From NCBI GenBank assembly GCA_964558005.1, contig CAZLCO010000004.1, positions 1 through 63,001 on the forward strand: DNA of 63,001 nt, in the 5' to 3' direction. Positions 30,472 through 40,441 of the stretch are shown here, in pieces. The notes beneath the pieces are model-generated. The model searched no databases and was not told the origin of the DNA. It saw nothing but the letters and a program-made list of their open reading frames with translations. Positions within the stretch are counted from its first letter, which is position 1, and every line of letters starts with the position of its first letter. A program made the translations under genes and the position numbers. Origin of the DNA: an uncultured Gammaproteobacteria bacterium (GTDB taxonomy: Bacteria; Cyanobacteriota; Vampirovibrionia; Gastranaerophilales; UBA9971).

Positions 30472-31116
30472 ATGACACAGCAGACAGATAATAAATTCGC
30501 ATATTACCTAGGTAGCGCAATGTACATTAATGTCACCAACAAATGTACAAACAGGTGCGTTTTCTGCATAAGAAGCACTGGCGAAAGCGTGGGCGGGGTA
30601 AACCTTGTGTTTGAGGACGAAAAATTTACTCATGAAGAGATTATTGAAGAAGTAAAAAACTCTTTTTCCAATAAGTGCAAGGAAATTGTTTTTTGCGGTT
30701 ATGGAGAACCGCTCATTAAGCTGGATATAATAAAATTTACAGCAAAATTTATACGGGAAAACTACCTTGAAATCCCAATAAGAATAAATACTAATGGGCA
30801 TGGAAATTTAATTCATAAAAGAAATATAGTCCTTGAGCTAAAAGGCCTTATAGACAAGGTTTCCATAAGTCTGAATGCTGATACTGTAGAATTATACGCC
30901 GAGCTGGCTAACCCGGTGTACGAAAAATCAGTCGCATACCAGGCAGTAAAGGATTTTATAAAGGAATGTGTTGAAAACGGCATAGAAACAACCGCTACGG
31001 TTGTTTCAGGGTTTTGCGATTATAAAATTGACGTTGAAAAGTGCAGGCAAATCGCAGAGGATTTAGGGGCAAATTTCAGGGTCAGAGAGTGGTTGCCGCA
31101 TGGTTATGACAATTAG
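30472..31116 (+). CDS. TatD-associated-type radical SAM protein
   Basis: YINVTNKCTNRCVFCIR, EIVFCGYGEP, RINTNGHG; ATG 30472 preferred. Confidence 0.85.
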   Translation: MTQQTDNKFAYYLGSAMYINVTNKCTNRCVFCIRSTGESVGGVNLVFEDEKFTHEEIIEEVKNSFSNKCKEIVFCGYGEPLIKLDIIKFTAKFIRENYLEIPIRINTNGHGNLIHKRNIVLELKGLIDKVSISLNADTVELYAELANPVYEKSVAYQAVKDFIKECVENGIETTATVVSGFCDYKIDVEKCRQIAEDLGANFRVREWLPHGYDN

Positions 31117-31192
31117 CCAAGTATTTGTTTACATAAGAGCATGAATGTAATTTAATATATATATAGAGAGATTTTTAGATAAGGAATGAAAA

Positions 31193-33355
31193 ATGAGCAA
31201 AGAACTAGACTCCATTATGCGTCCTAAATCCATTGCAGTGATTGGGGCTTCGGCTAGAGAAGGTACAGTAGGCAATGAAATAGTCCAAAAGCTCAAAGAA
31301 TATGGCTATGAAGGAACACTCTACCCGGTAAACCCTAAAGCTGATGAAATTTGCGGCTTTAAGGCATATAAAAGCCTTTCAGACATTCCGGAAAATGTTG
31401 ATTTAGCGGTAATAGTAGTAGCAAAAAATCTTGTATTATCAATTATAGACCAGTGTAATGAAAAAGGCATAAAGGGCATAGTCACTATATCAGCAGGATT
31501 TAAGGAAACAGGTTCAGAAGGCGCAAAACTGGAGCAGGAATTACTCGATAAAATTCGTCAATACGGAATGAGAATGGTAGGGCCGAATTGCCTGGGCGTT
31601 ATAAATACAGAACAAGGCATAAAAATGAATGCCACATTCGCTGAAGCTCATCCGCTGGAAGGAAAGACAGCTTTCACATCACAGTCAGGCGCACTTGGTG
31701 CTGCTATTTTGAATATTTCAAAAGACATTGACCTCGGCATAAGCCAGTTTGTTTCTATCGGCAATGCCGCTGATATTACCGGCGAAACGCTGCTTGAATA
31801 CTGGAAGGACGATGAAAACATAGAACAGATACTTTTATATATGGAATCAATCGCTGAACCGCAGCTTTTCAGCAAACTTGCAAAGCAGGTTACCAGGAAA
31901 AAACCTGTAATTGCAATAAAAGCAGGCCGATCAGCAGCTGGTGCATCTGCCGCCTCTTCTCACACAGGTTCGCTGGCAGGCGCTGACCTTGCAGCCGACG
32001 CTTTATTGAAACAAAGTGGAGTTATAAGGATTAATTCCCTGCTTGAAATGTTTGAGGTGGCCGAGGCTTTTGCAAATTGCCCTGTTCCGAAGGGCAATAG
32101 GGTCGCTATTATGACTAATGCAGGCGGCCCCGGAATTATGGCAACAGATGCAGTGTGTGAACATGGGCTTGAAATGGCGCAGCTAAAAGAAGAAACTAAA
32201 AAATATATGAGAAGCTACCTGCCGGAAGCGGCCAGCGTTAAAAACCCGGTGGATATGATAGCCAGCGCACCGCTTGAGCATTATCAGAATACTCTTAAAG
32301 CTCTTATTAAAGACGAAAATGTAGATGCAATAATGGTGATTTACCTTCCTTTGATGAATCTTGACCCAATGGATGTGTCTAAAACCATAATGGAGATGAA
32401 AGAACAGCATCCCGAAAAGCCAATAGTAGCTGTGATAATGGCAAAGAACGGCTTTTTTGGTAAAATAAACAAGGTAGCAAAAAACCTGCCGTTTTATCAG
32501 TATCCTGAACCCTGCGCAAATGCACTTTCAAGGTTGTATGAGCAGCGTGTCTGGATGGAAAGGCCGGAAGGGAATGAACCCTCCTTCGAAGTCGATAAAA
32601 AAAGGACATCAGAAATAATAGCTAAAGTGCTTCAGGAAGGCAGGAACCAGTTAACCACCCTGGAATCAATAGATGTGCTTGATGCTTACGGTATAAGAAC
32701 CTGTAAATATGCATATGCCTCAAACATAGATGAGGCAGCAGCAGAAGCCAATAAAATTGGATATCCTGTTGTTATGAAAATAACTTCGACAAAAATTTCT
32801 CACAAAACCGAGATAGGTGGCGTTATTGTTGATATTAAAAACGAAGAACACCTCAGGGAAGAATATAACGCTTTATTAAACAGGCTGAAAGAGAAAAACC
32901 TTGAAGAAGGATTTGAAGGGGTTATAATTCAGGAAATGGTAAAAGGTAACAGGGAAATGGTTTGTGGGGTGGCCACAGACCCGCAATACGGACACCTTAT
33001 GATGTTTGGACTAGGCGGAATATATATTGAAACAATAAAAGATGTCGCATTCCGCGTAAATCCCGTGACTGACATTGACGTAAAGGAAATGGTACAATCA
33101 GTCAAAGCCTACAAGATAATTCAGGGCACCAGGGGAGAAAAACCCGGCAATATAGAGCAGATTGAAGAAACAATGCTCAGGTTAAGTCAGCTAATAAGGG
33201 ATTTCAGCTTTATTAAAGAGCTTGACATCAACCCGTTAAAGATTTCCGATAAAACCGGCGAAGGTGTTGCGGTTGACGGGCGGATAGAAGTAAATTTTGA
33301 AGAAGCTAAAAAGGCCATTAATGAATCAGGTATGACAACATCTTCTTCACGTTAA
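31193..33355 (+). CDS. ADP-forming acetate--CoA ligase family (fused alpha/beta)
   Basis: PKSIAVIGAS, GPNCLG, SQSGALG, TNAGGPG, KNPVD, ATP-grasp C-terminus. Confidence 0.93.
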   Translation: MSKELDSIMRPKSIAVIGASAREGTVGNEIVQKLKEYGYEGTLYPVNPKADEICGFKAYKSLSDIPENVDLAVIVVAKNLVLSIIDQCNEKGIKGIVTISAGFKETGSEGAKLEQELLDKIRQYGMRMVGPNCLGVINTEQGIKMNATFAEAHPLEGKTAFTSQSGALGAAILNISKDIDLGISQFVSIGNAADITGETLLEYWKDDENIEQILLYMESIAEPQLFSKLAKQVTRKKPVIAIKAGRSAAGASAASSHTGSLAGADLAADALLKQSGVIRINSLLEMFEVAEAFANCPVPKGNRVAIMTNAGGPGIMATDAVCEHGLEMAQLKEETKKYMRSYLPEAASVKNPVDMIASAPLEHYQNTLKALIKDENVDAIMVIYLPLMNLDPMDVSKTIMEMKEQHPEKPIVAVIMAKNGFFGKINKVAKNLPFYQYPEPCANALSRLYEQRVWMERPEGNEPSFEVDKKRTSEIIAKVLQEGRNQLTTLESIDVLDAYGIRTCKYAYASNIDEAAAEANKIGYPVVMKITSTKISHKTEIGGVIVDIKNEEHLREEYNALLNRLKEKNLEEGFEGVIIQEMVKGNREMVCGVATDPQYGHLMMFGLGGIYIETIKDVAFRVNPVTDIDVKEMVQSVKAYKIIQGTRGEKPGNIEQIEETMLRLSQLIRDFSFIKELDINPLKISDKTGEGVAVDGRIEVNFEEAKKAINESGMTTSSSR

Positions 33356-33358
33356 ACA

Positions 33359-33631
33359 ATGTCAGGTAAAATGTTCAGATGTAAAAACTGCGGTTCCATA
33401 GACAGCTTCGGGCTTGTTTTTAACCCTAACTACAAGGGCAAGGGCGAATTTACGCAGAAAGTGAACGAGCATGACGAGATTGTGTTTAATGTTGACGGAT
33501 ACGAGTTCATACCGGATCTGGGTTTTATGAACGGACATGCGGTATGTAAGTATTGCGGTGAAATAAAGCAGTGGGAATATTATTTCCCGCGCTTTAGCGG
33601 TAAGGTTGAAGAAAAAGGGACTAATCAATGA
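33359..33631 (+). CDS. Hypothetical Zn-binding protein
   Basis: CKNC...CKYC; tightly spaced within the operon. Confidence 0.7.
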   Translation: MSGKMFRCKNCGSIDSFGLVFNPNYKGKGEFTQKVNEHDEIVFNVDGYEFIPDLGFMNGHAVCKYCGEIKQWEYYFPRFSGKVEEKGTNQ

Positions 33632-34467
33632 AATTCACAAAAATGCACGGGCTTGGCAATGATTTTATCATCATCGAAGCTGAAGAACTTAATAAAACAG
33701 ACTTATCCCAGGCACAGCTGGCTAAAAAATTGTGCGACCGTAATTTTGGCATAGGCGCAGACGGGCTTATTATAGTCAACCCGCTTGATATCAAGTCAGA
33801 CTGCGACATAAACTGGCGCATACTTAACTCTGACGGTACAGAACCCGAGATGTGCGGTAACGGCATCAGGTGTTTTGCGAAATATGTTTATGATAAAGGG
33901 CTGGTAAATAAGAAAAAGTTTTCAGTATGCACATTAGCAGGTAAAATTGTCCCTGAAATCCTTGATGATGGCACAGTTAAAGTTGATATGGGCGAGCCGG
34001 TACTTGAGGCGGCAAGAATCCCGGTGAAAATAGAGGAACTTGACTGTGTTATAGATTATCCGCTTGAAATAAACGCTGAAGAACTAAATATAACAGCGGT
34101 AAGTATGGGAAATCCTCACTGTATAGTTTTTGCGGAAGGTGATTCTGCTGTTCTGGCAAGAAAATTCGGTCCGATACTTGAAAAGCATGACATATTTCCC
34201 GAAAAAACCAATGTTGAATTTGTTAAAGTGATTTCAAATAATAAAATCAAGGTTGATGTGTGGGAAAGGGGCTGCGGAATAACTTTTGCGTGCGGCACTG
34301 GCGCATGTGCGTCGGTCGTGGCGGCTGTACTAAATGAATTAACCGAAAATAATGTTGAAGTAGAACTCCCCGGCGGCAGGCTTTATATTGAATGGTTAAG
34401 AGATTTAAACAAAATTTTCATGACAGGTAGCGCAGAGTTTGTGTTTGAGGGAAAATTATTTTTATGA
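33628..34467 (+). CDS. dapF: Diaminopimelate epimerase
   Basis: FTKMHGLGNDF, EMCGNGIRC, MGNPH, WERGCG..ACGTGAC. Confidence 0.98.
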   Translation: MKFTKMHGLGNDFIIIEAEELNKTDLSQAQLAKKLCDRNFGIGADGLIIVNPLDIKSDCDINWRILNSDGTEPEMCGNGIRCFAKYVYDKGLVNKKKFSVCTLAGKIVPEILDDGTVKVDMGEPVLEAARIPVKIEELDCVIDYPLEINAEELNITAVSMGNPHCIVFAEGDSAVLARKFGPILEKHDIFPEKTNVEFVKVISNNKIKVDVWERGCGITFACGTGACASVVAAVLNELTENNVEVELPGGRLYIEWLRDLNKIFMTGSAEFVFEGKLFL

Positions 34468-34506
34468 TAGTATAATTTTCCATAAATAAACGGAGGTATT
34501 TAAACT

Positions 34507-34824
34507 TTGCGCAGATACGAACTATTTTGTCTTTTAAAATCCAGCTTTGATATAGAAGGAAACGACCAGCTTGTTTCCGGAATAGAGAAGGGTATTGAAA
34601 ACCTTGGCGGAAAAGTCCTTGAGACAAACAAAGCCGGCAGGAAAAAACTTGCTTATGAAATAGGCGACAACAGAGATGCTTTTAATGTTACATTTATTAT
34701 TGAAATGTCACCTGACAAGCAGAAAGAACTCAAAAGGTACCTTAAACTTAATGACAGCGTATTAAGAGACTTTGTCAGCCTGTTAAAGCCTAAAAAAACA
34801 AAGGAAGGAGCTACAGCTAAATGA
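34507..34824 (+). CDS. rpsF: 30S ribosomal protein S6
   Basis: MRRYE, GRKKLAYEI; TTG start with GGAGGT RBS; rpsF-ssb-rpsR order. Confidence 0.93.
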   Translation: MRRYELFCLLKSSFDIEGNDQLVSGIEKGIENLGGKVLETNKAGRKKLAYEIGDNRDAFNVTFIIEMSPDKQKELKRYLKLNDSVLRDFVSLLKPKKTKEGATAK

Positions 34825-35213
34825 GCAGCCTGGCTAAAATAACTCTTTCAGGAGAAGTTAAAACCAGTCCGGAAAAAAGATATACAGAAAGTAACCTTGC
34901 TATAACAACTTTTATGATGGATTTTGGTTATGATAATCAGGAAAAGCAAATAAAGGCGTTGGCTTTTGGTAAAATCGCCGACAGAGTAGCTGATACAGTT
35001 AAAAAAGGTCAGGTGGTGATTATAGACGGCAGATTGCAGACTTCTGTAAAAAATGAGTCAGGAGTTGAAAAAAAAGTAAATGAAATTAATATTCAGGGCA
35101 TAGAGATAGTCGGCAGTCCGGACCGCTCTAATACGCAGTACCAGGGAGCTGATGAGCTTGAAAGCGAAGTAAATAGGGATGATTTGATAGGTGAAGAAGA
35201 AATACCGTTTTAG
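34821..35213 (+). CDS. ssb: Single-stranded DNA-binding protein
   Basis: OB fold, acidic tail EEEIPF. Confidence 0.9.
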   Translation: MSSLAKITLSGEVKTSPEKRYTESNLAITTFMMDFGYDNQEKQIKALAFGKIADRVADTVKKGQVVIIDGRLQTSVKNESGVEKKVNEINIQGIEIVGSPDRSNTQYQGADELESEVNRDDLIGEEEIPF

Positions 35214-35230
35214 GAAGGAATTTATATAAA

Positions 35231-35464
35231 ATGGCAATGAGAACAAGAGATAAAAGAAAAGTAAAACCCTGCAGTTTTTGTATTGAAAAAATGGATGAGG
35301 TGGACTTTAAAGATGTATCAAGAATTAGAAGATACCTCACCGAAAGAGGAAAAATAATTCCAAGAAGGATTACCGGAAACTGCGCTTTCCACCAGAGAAA
35401 ACTTTCAAACGCCGTCAAAAAAGCCAGGGAAAACGCTTTAATACCATATATCTTTGAAGGATAA
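35231..35464 (+). CDS. rpsR: 30S ribosomal protein S18
   Basis: TERGKIIPRRITGNCA.HQR. Confidence 0.97.
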   Translation: MAMRTRDKRKVKPCSFCIEKMDEVDFKDVSRIRRYLTERGKIIPRRITGNCAFHQRKLSNAVKKARENALIPYIFEG

Positions 35465-35465
35465 A

Positions 35466-36254
35466 ATGCAAAATGAAATCGAAGTCCTTTTAGGTGAAGG
35501 GAATTACGAAAAGGCAATACTCTATCTTAAAAGCGCACTGAATAATGAACCGGACAATCCGGAACTTTATGCCGGCCTGGCAAGTGCATTTTATGAAATT
35601 CAAAAGACTGAAAATGCTATAAAATATTATACACTGGCAATAGGATTGGACCCGGGAAAAGGGGAATATTATTCAAACCTCGCCAATATTTATATGGAAA
35701 CCGGGGATTATAACAATGCCGTTAAATTTTATGAAAAGGCTTTGACTTTTTATGAGGATGAATGCGAGTTAATAGTTTGTCTGGGCAATGCATATTCTGC
35801 GATGGGAGAATATGAAAAAGCTTTTGTTTATTTTGAAAAAGCATTATCAATTAACCCGGATAATTATAAAGTCCAGCTTTGTTACGGCATAGCTAAAGCA
35901 GACGCCGGATACACAGATGAGGCTATAGAAAAATACAAAAAAGCAGTTGAATTAGAGCCGGAAAATGATAAAACATTCGTTATACTGGCGAATACGTATG
36001 CCGAAAAAAAACTCTATCATGAAGCAATAAAAAATTATAAAAAAGCCCTGGAAATTAATAATAAAAATACTGTAGCTTATATGGCGTTGGGCAATACGCT
36101 TGTTTTGCAGGGTGATTTAAAAGAGTCTATAGACTATTACAGACAGGCCTGCCTGCTTGAGCCTGCAAATCAGAGGATTAAAGGTGTATACCAGAAAGTG
36201 TTGGAAGAGTATGCTTCTGATAAAATAAAAGATATTATAAGCGAGGAGGAGTAA
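35466..36254 (+). CDS. TPR protein
   Basis: Multiple TPR repeats; ATG 35466 just after the rpsR stop. Confidence 0.85.
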   Translation: MQNEIEVLLGEGNYEKAILYLKSALNNEPDNPELYAGLASAFYEIQKTENAIKYYTLAIGLDPGKGEYYSNLANIYMETGDYNNAVKFYEKALTFYEDECELIVCLGNAYSAMGEYEKAFVYFEKALSINPDNYKVQLCYGIAKADAGYTDEAIEKYKKAVELEPENDKTFVILANTYAEKKLYHEAIKNYKKALEINNKNTVAYMALGNTLVLQGDLKESIDYYRQACLLEPANQRIKGVYQKVLEEYASDKIKDIISEEE

Positions 36255-36646
36255 TGATAACATCATTGAAAGACAGACTAATAAGCGGTTTTACATATTT
36301 GACCTTCGGGCTTGTAGGTTTTATATGGCTGATTATTTCCCATTTAAGACAGGAGAGGCCTTCGCCTTTTAACAGATTTAATATTTTTCAGTCCATTTTT
36401 ATTGCTATTATTCTGTATTTACTTGGACTTGTATTTAATATAATTCTTGGCATAGTAGAGATAATGCCGATAATTGGGCCAATAACCGTCAATATCGCAT
36501 ATTATTTAACAGATTATCCTATGATACTGGGGTATTCGGTTGTTAATTTCGCTAAAATAGCTTTAATTCTTTATCTGGCAGTTTTTGCCTTTATGGGCCG
36601 TCAGGGTGAAGTTCCCTGGGTTTCAGACACAGTAAGGCGTATGTAG
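36254..36646 (+). CDS. DUF4870/Tic20-like membrane protein
   Basis: RFNIFQSI and G...EVPWVSDTV pattern; 3-4 TMs. Confidence 0.6.
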   Translation: MITSLKDRLISGFTYLTFGLVGFIWLIISHLRQERPSPFNRFNIFQSIFIAIILYLLGLVFNIILGIVEIMPIIGPITVNIAYYLTDYPMILGYSVVNFAKIALILYLAVFAFMGRQGEVPWVSDTVRRM

Positions 36647-36782
36647 ATATTAATTTTTATTAATTTATGTTAACTTGTTTCTGTTTTTCAGAAAAATTTG
36701 TTTAAAACAATTAAGTGGTGGAATAACACCTAATAGGCAGATTTTTTTGTATTATTGAGCATTTGAAATAAAGAGGATCTAA

Positions 36783-37166
36783 ATGGAAGAGTTCCAAAGG
36801 TGGTACGATACCATAAGCAGTGTTAAAGAAATGTTTATGGTTATGGGGAATATGCATGAGCCTGAAATGGACAGGTTTGCAAAAATTTTACTTGATGTGA
36901 TTATTGATTTCAGGACAAGAAACAAGACTAAAAATTCTTTAAACAGTGTTGGGCATGAAAAAATACATGGTTATTATAAAGCTTTTAATAAAAGAAGATG
37001 GTATGACCAGAATGCAAACCTCAGAAATGCTTTAAGATACTTGAGTATTATGTCTTTGGAAGATACAGAACTTGTTATCAGGGATTTCAGGTTACAGTTG
37101 AAGGTTAACGGTTTGGATAAAATTTATGAAATGAACAAAACTGATTTGCAAAAATTTGGAGTCTAG
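36783..37166 (+). CDS. RWYD-repeat hypothetical protein 1
   Basis: QRWYD and RRWYD. Confidence 0.75.
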   Translation: MEEFQRWYDTISSVKEMFMVMGNMHEPEMDRFAKILLDVIIDFRTRNKTKNSLNSVGHEKIHGYYKAFNKRRWYDQNANLRNALRYLSIMSLEDTELVIRDFRLQLKVNGLDKIYEMNKTDLQKFGV

Positions 37167-37167
37167 T

Positions 37168-37977
37168 TTAAAAAAAAGTAAAATATCCTGCCATTGCTAA
37201 ACCCACAACCCAGCAATAAATCGCAAAAGCATGAAGTTTGTTTTTTGTTATAAAAATAATGAAATATTTAATACAATAATAACCTACTACAGCGGAAACC
37301 AGCGTTCCGGAGATAATCGCCGCCCAGTTAAAGCCGGCAAATCCGCCTGTAACCCCCAGTTCAAGCGAGTGGTATATGCCTGCCAGCGCAATTATCGGGA
37401 TACTTAAAAGAAACGAATATCTTGCTGCTGTCAGCCTGTCCAGCCCTGTGGCAAGCCCGGCAGCTATGGTTGAGCCCGAACGTGAAAGACCCGGGGCTAC
37501 TGCCATACCCTGTGCGATGCCGATAAATATTGCTCTTTTCCAACCGATCAGGTTGTCATTTTTATTCAGTTTTTGTGATATGTGTTCGGTCGCAAAAAGC
37601 AATGTGCCTGTGCCTATCAGTATAAGTCCCACAACGGCGGGGTTATATACGAGGGATTCAAAATGGTCTTTTAGGGGAAAAGCCACGAGAATGGTTGAAA
37701 TTGTGCCCAGCAGTATATAAAAGGGTATTTTTTCGCTGTGCCCCGGCTTTATAAGTGTTATTATGTCTTTTCTGAAGTATATCAATACCGCAATCAGTGT
37801 GCCGATGTGCAGCATTATGTCAAAAAATATTTCCTCACTGCCTCCGCTGGCTAATGGCTGGCCGGTGAGGATTTTATATATTGAGGATGTTAAGACAAGG
37901 TGCCCTGAACTGCTGATGGGCAAAAATTCAGTCAGCCCCTGTACAATGCCTGTTATTAACGCCTGTGTTATGTCCAA
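37168..37977 (-). CDS. uppP: Undecaprenyl-diphosphatase
   Basis: QGLTEFLPISSSGHL, PGLSRSGSTI, YSFLLSIP. Confidence 0.97.
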   Translation of the reverse strand: MDITQALITGIVQGLTEFLPISSSGHLVLTSSIYKILTGQPLASGGSEEIFFDIMLHIGTLIAVLIYFRKDIITLIKPGHSEKIPFYILLGTISTILVAFPLKDHFESLVYNPAVVGLILIGTGTLLFATEHISQKLNKNDNLIGWKRAIFIGIAQGMAVAPGLSRSGSTIAAGLATGLDRLTAARYSFLLSIPIIALAGIYHSLELGVTGGFAGFNWAAIISGTLVSAVVGYYCIKYFIIFITKNKLHAFAIYCWVVGLAMAGYFTFF

Positions 37978-38074
37978 TTTTTTCTCCTTATGGCTGGATA
38001 TATTCTATTTTTAACGATATAATAAAAATGCTTTTATAAGAATTATAATTGTTATTATATAGGAAGGGTAATAA

Positions 38075-38434
38075 ATGACAAAACACCGCAGATGGTATGA
38101 TCATGATTCAACGCTTAGCGAGGCGATGGAACTACTATATATGTCACCTGATGAATCCAAGGGCAAGGCAGCTGACTTCATGCTTAAACTGCAGGAAGTG
38201 GTTGCATCTGACATTATAGAAAAAGTTTATCAGACCGTAAAAAAATACGAAGGCAAGGGCAACAGGTGGTACGATAGTGACCCTGTTATGATTAAAGCTG
38301 TTGAGCTTTTAAGGGTAGCCCCTCTCCATATACAAAAAGCCGCAGCTAAAAAACTTTTAAAAGCACTGTCAACTGACGAGCTGGATGAATTACAAAAAGA
38401 ATTTGACGCACTCGAGTCCGAAGAAGTTAAATGA
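38075..38434 (+). CDS. RWYD-repeat hypothetical protein 2
   Basis: RRWYD and NRWYD. Confidence 0.75.
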   Translation: MTKHRRWYDHDSTLSEAMELLYMSPDESKGKAADFMLKLQEVVASDIIEKVYQTVKKYEGKGNRWYDSDPVMIKAVELLRVAPLHIQKAAAKKLLKALSTDELDELQKEFDALESEEVK

Positions 38435-39237
38435 ATAAATGTGAACTGAAAGATACCCAGAGTAGTCAGGATAAAAGGGGTATCGATATTCAATACGTAG
38501 GTGTAAAAAATGTTGAAGTGCCGCTTATTATCCTTAGAAAGGATGATATTAACCCCGCAACGCAGGTTGTAAGCGCAAAAGCAGCATTGAGTGTCGGCCT
38601 GCCCAAAGAATTCAGAGGCACGCATATGTCCCGCTTTATAGAAATCCTGTGCGAATGGAGCCAGAAAGAAATGCTGGGGGTTGATATAGAAGGCTGCCTA
38701 AAGGAGATGGAAAAAAGGCTTCTGGCTAAAAGTGCAAAAGTAAAGTTTGAGTTTAAATATTTCCTTGAAAAGAATGCGCCGGTTAGTGGATTAGCCAGCC
38801 CTATGGGCTATAACTGTTCCTTTAAAGGGATTCTCGATAAAGGGAAATATGAGTTTATACTGGGAGTGTTAGTGCCTGTAACGACTTTATGTCCTTGCAG
38901 CAAGGAAATTTCGGATTATGGGGCGCATAACCAGCGGACAGTTGTTAAGCTCAATATCAGTTATGACCCGGAAAAGATTATCTGGCTTGAAGATTTAATA
39001 GAACTTATAGAAAAATGCGGCAGCAGCCCGATTTATCCGCTTTTAAAAAGAGAAGACGAAAAGTATGTAACAGAAAAGGCCTATAATAACCCGAAATTTG
39101 TAGAAGACCTGCTGCGTGATATTATAATTGAACTGCGCAAAATAGAGGAAATAAAATGGTTTGAGCTGGACTGCGAGGCGCATGAGAGTATTCACAACCA
39201 TTCTGCGTGGGCATACCATAAGGAAAATATTGATTAA
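38431..39237 (+). CDS. folE2: GTP cyclohydrolase I type B
   Basis: RGTHMSRF, TLCPCSKEIS.YGAHNQR, NPKFVED, ESIHNHSA. Confidence 0.97.
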   Translation: MNKCELKDTQSSQDKRGIDIQYVGVKNVEVPLIILRKDDINPATQVVSAKAALSVGLPKEFRGTHMSRFIEILCEWSQKEMLGVDIEGCLKEMEKRLLAKSAKVKFEFKYFLEKNAPVSGLASPMGYNCSFKGILDKGKYEFILGVLVPVTTLCPCSKEISDYGAHNQRTVVKLNISYDPEKIIWLEDLIELIEKCGSSPIYPLLKREDEKYVTEKAYNNPKFVEDLLRDIIIELRKIEEIKWFELDCEAHESIHNHSAWAYHKENID

Positions 39238-39249
39238 GAGGGAACGTAT

Positions 39250-39504
39250 ATGAAAGACCCTTATAAATACAATGAAAAACAGATAATGGATCATCTGGTC
39301 AGAGCAATGAACCTTTTTGAGGAGCTCGAAACAACTCATGTATGCCATAAAAATGACTTTATTGAGGGGATACATAAATGCCAGAATGTGCTTATCCACA
39401 GGATAGTCCAGCGTGATTACCCGCATGAGTTTCCTGTGAGGCGAAGGAAAACCTGGCTGGATTTTTTAAACCCTAAAAATTGGGAATGCTTCAGGAGAAG
39501 TTAG
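39250..39504 (+). CDS. Small hypothetical protein
   Basis: AGAGG RBS; DFIEGIHKCQ..R..QRDYP. Confidence 0.65.
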   Translation: MKDPYKYNEKQIMDHLVRAMNLFEELETTHVCHKNDFIEGIHKCQNVLIHRIVQRDYPHEFPVRRRKTWLDFLNPKNWECFRRS

Positions 39505-39505
39505 A

Positions 39506-40441
39506 ATGCTTAAAGTAGTTGTACTGGGCTATGGCGACCTCGCTCAATCCATTATATTGGGGATTTTAAACTCACGTCACCGGATTGTCGGCGCATTGAG
39601 GTGGCAGAAAAATTTTCTAAAGGATACTTTAGTGCCTGACGGACTCTTTACTCTGGTTAAGGCGAATAATATCAGGGAAGTAAAAGCAAAAAGGGCAAAT
39701 ACCAAACAATTTATAAAAGAAATGCAAAAGCTTGAGCCTGACGTGATTATAGTTGGCTCGTGGGGTGAAATAATAAAAAAAGAAATAATCGACCTGCCAA
39801 AAGTGGCGTTCATAAACTCACACCCATCGCTCTTGCCGAAGCACAGAGGCAGTAACCCTTATTCTTCAGTAATAAGGCACGGAGAAACAGAAACAGGTAT
39901 GACTTTTCACCTTATGGATGAGGGTATAGACACAGGCAGCATACTTATGCAGGAAAAAATTCCTGTCACAGAAGAAGATACCGCCGGCAGCCTGCGGCTA
40001 AAGTGTGCGCTGAACGCAAAAAATATGGTTGTCCCGCTTCTTGACGGGCTGGAAAAAGGCGAAATCATCCCGAAAAAACAGAATAATGACGAGGCTTCCT
40101 ATTATCCCAATTTCCGGGATGAAGATATAATGATTAACTGGAACAACTCGGCTGAATTTATTAACAGGCAAATCAGGGCGCTTTTGCCCAATATGGTTTG
40201 CTTTACCGGATATAAAAAGGTATTTTTGGCGGTTAATCAGTCAGAAATAGTTAAAATAGGCACTTCATACAGTTTACCCGGTACTATACTGGAAAAAAAC
40301 GGCAACAATCTGCTAGTTTCCACCAGTGACCGGGATAAAGCTGTATTATTAAAAAATGCAGGTGTTTTTTATGTTTTCCCAAATATCCTGAGCGGTTATT
40401 ACATTAAAAATAAGGTCAGGGCAGGGGATTTATTATCATAG
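39506..40441 (+). CDS. Formyltransferase (Fmt/ArnA-like)
   Basis: NSHPSLLPKHRG, GMTFH.MDEGIDTG. Confidence 0.9.
   Translation: MLKVVVLGYGDLAQSIILGILNSRHRIVGALRWQKNFLKDTLVPDGLFTLVKANNIREVKAKRANTKQFIKEMQKLEPDVIIVGSWGEIIKKEIIDLPKVAFINSHPSLLPKHRGSNPYSSVIRHGETETGMTFHLMDEGIDTGSILMQEKIPVTEEDTAGSLRLKCALNAKNMVVPLLDGLEKGEIIPKKQNNDEASYYPNFRDEDIMINWNNSAEFINRQIRALLPNMVCFTGYKKVFLAVNQSEIVKIGTSYSLPGTILEKNGNNLLVSTSDRDKAVLLKNAGVFYVFPNILSGYYIKNKVRAGDLLS

Noticed and set aside
30452-30479. Imperfect palindrome TGTGTCA...TGACACA over the radical SAM start
   Set aside because: Shares only the 5-bp ends with the TGTCA repeat family; single instance, so it cannot be distinguished from chance.
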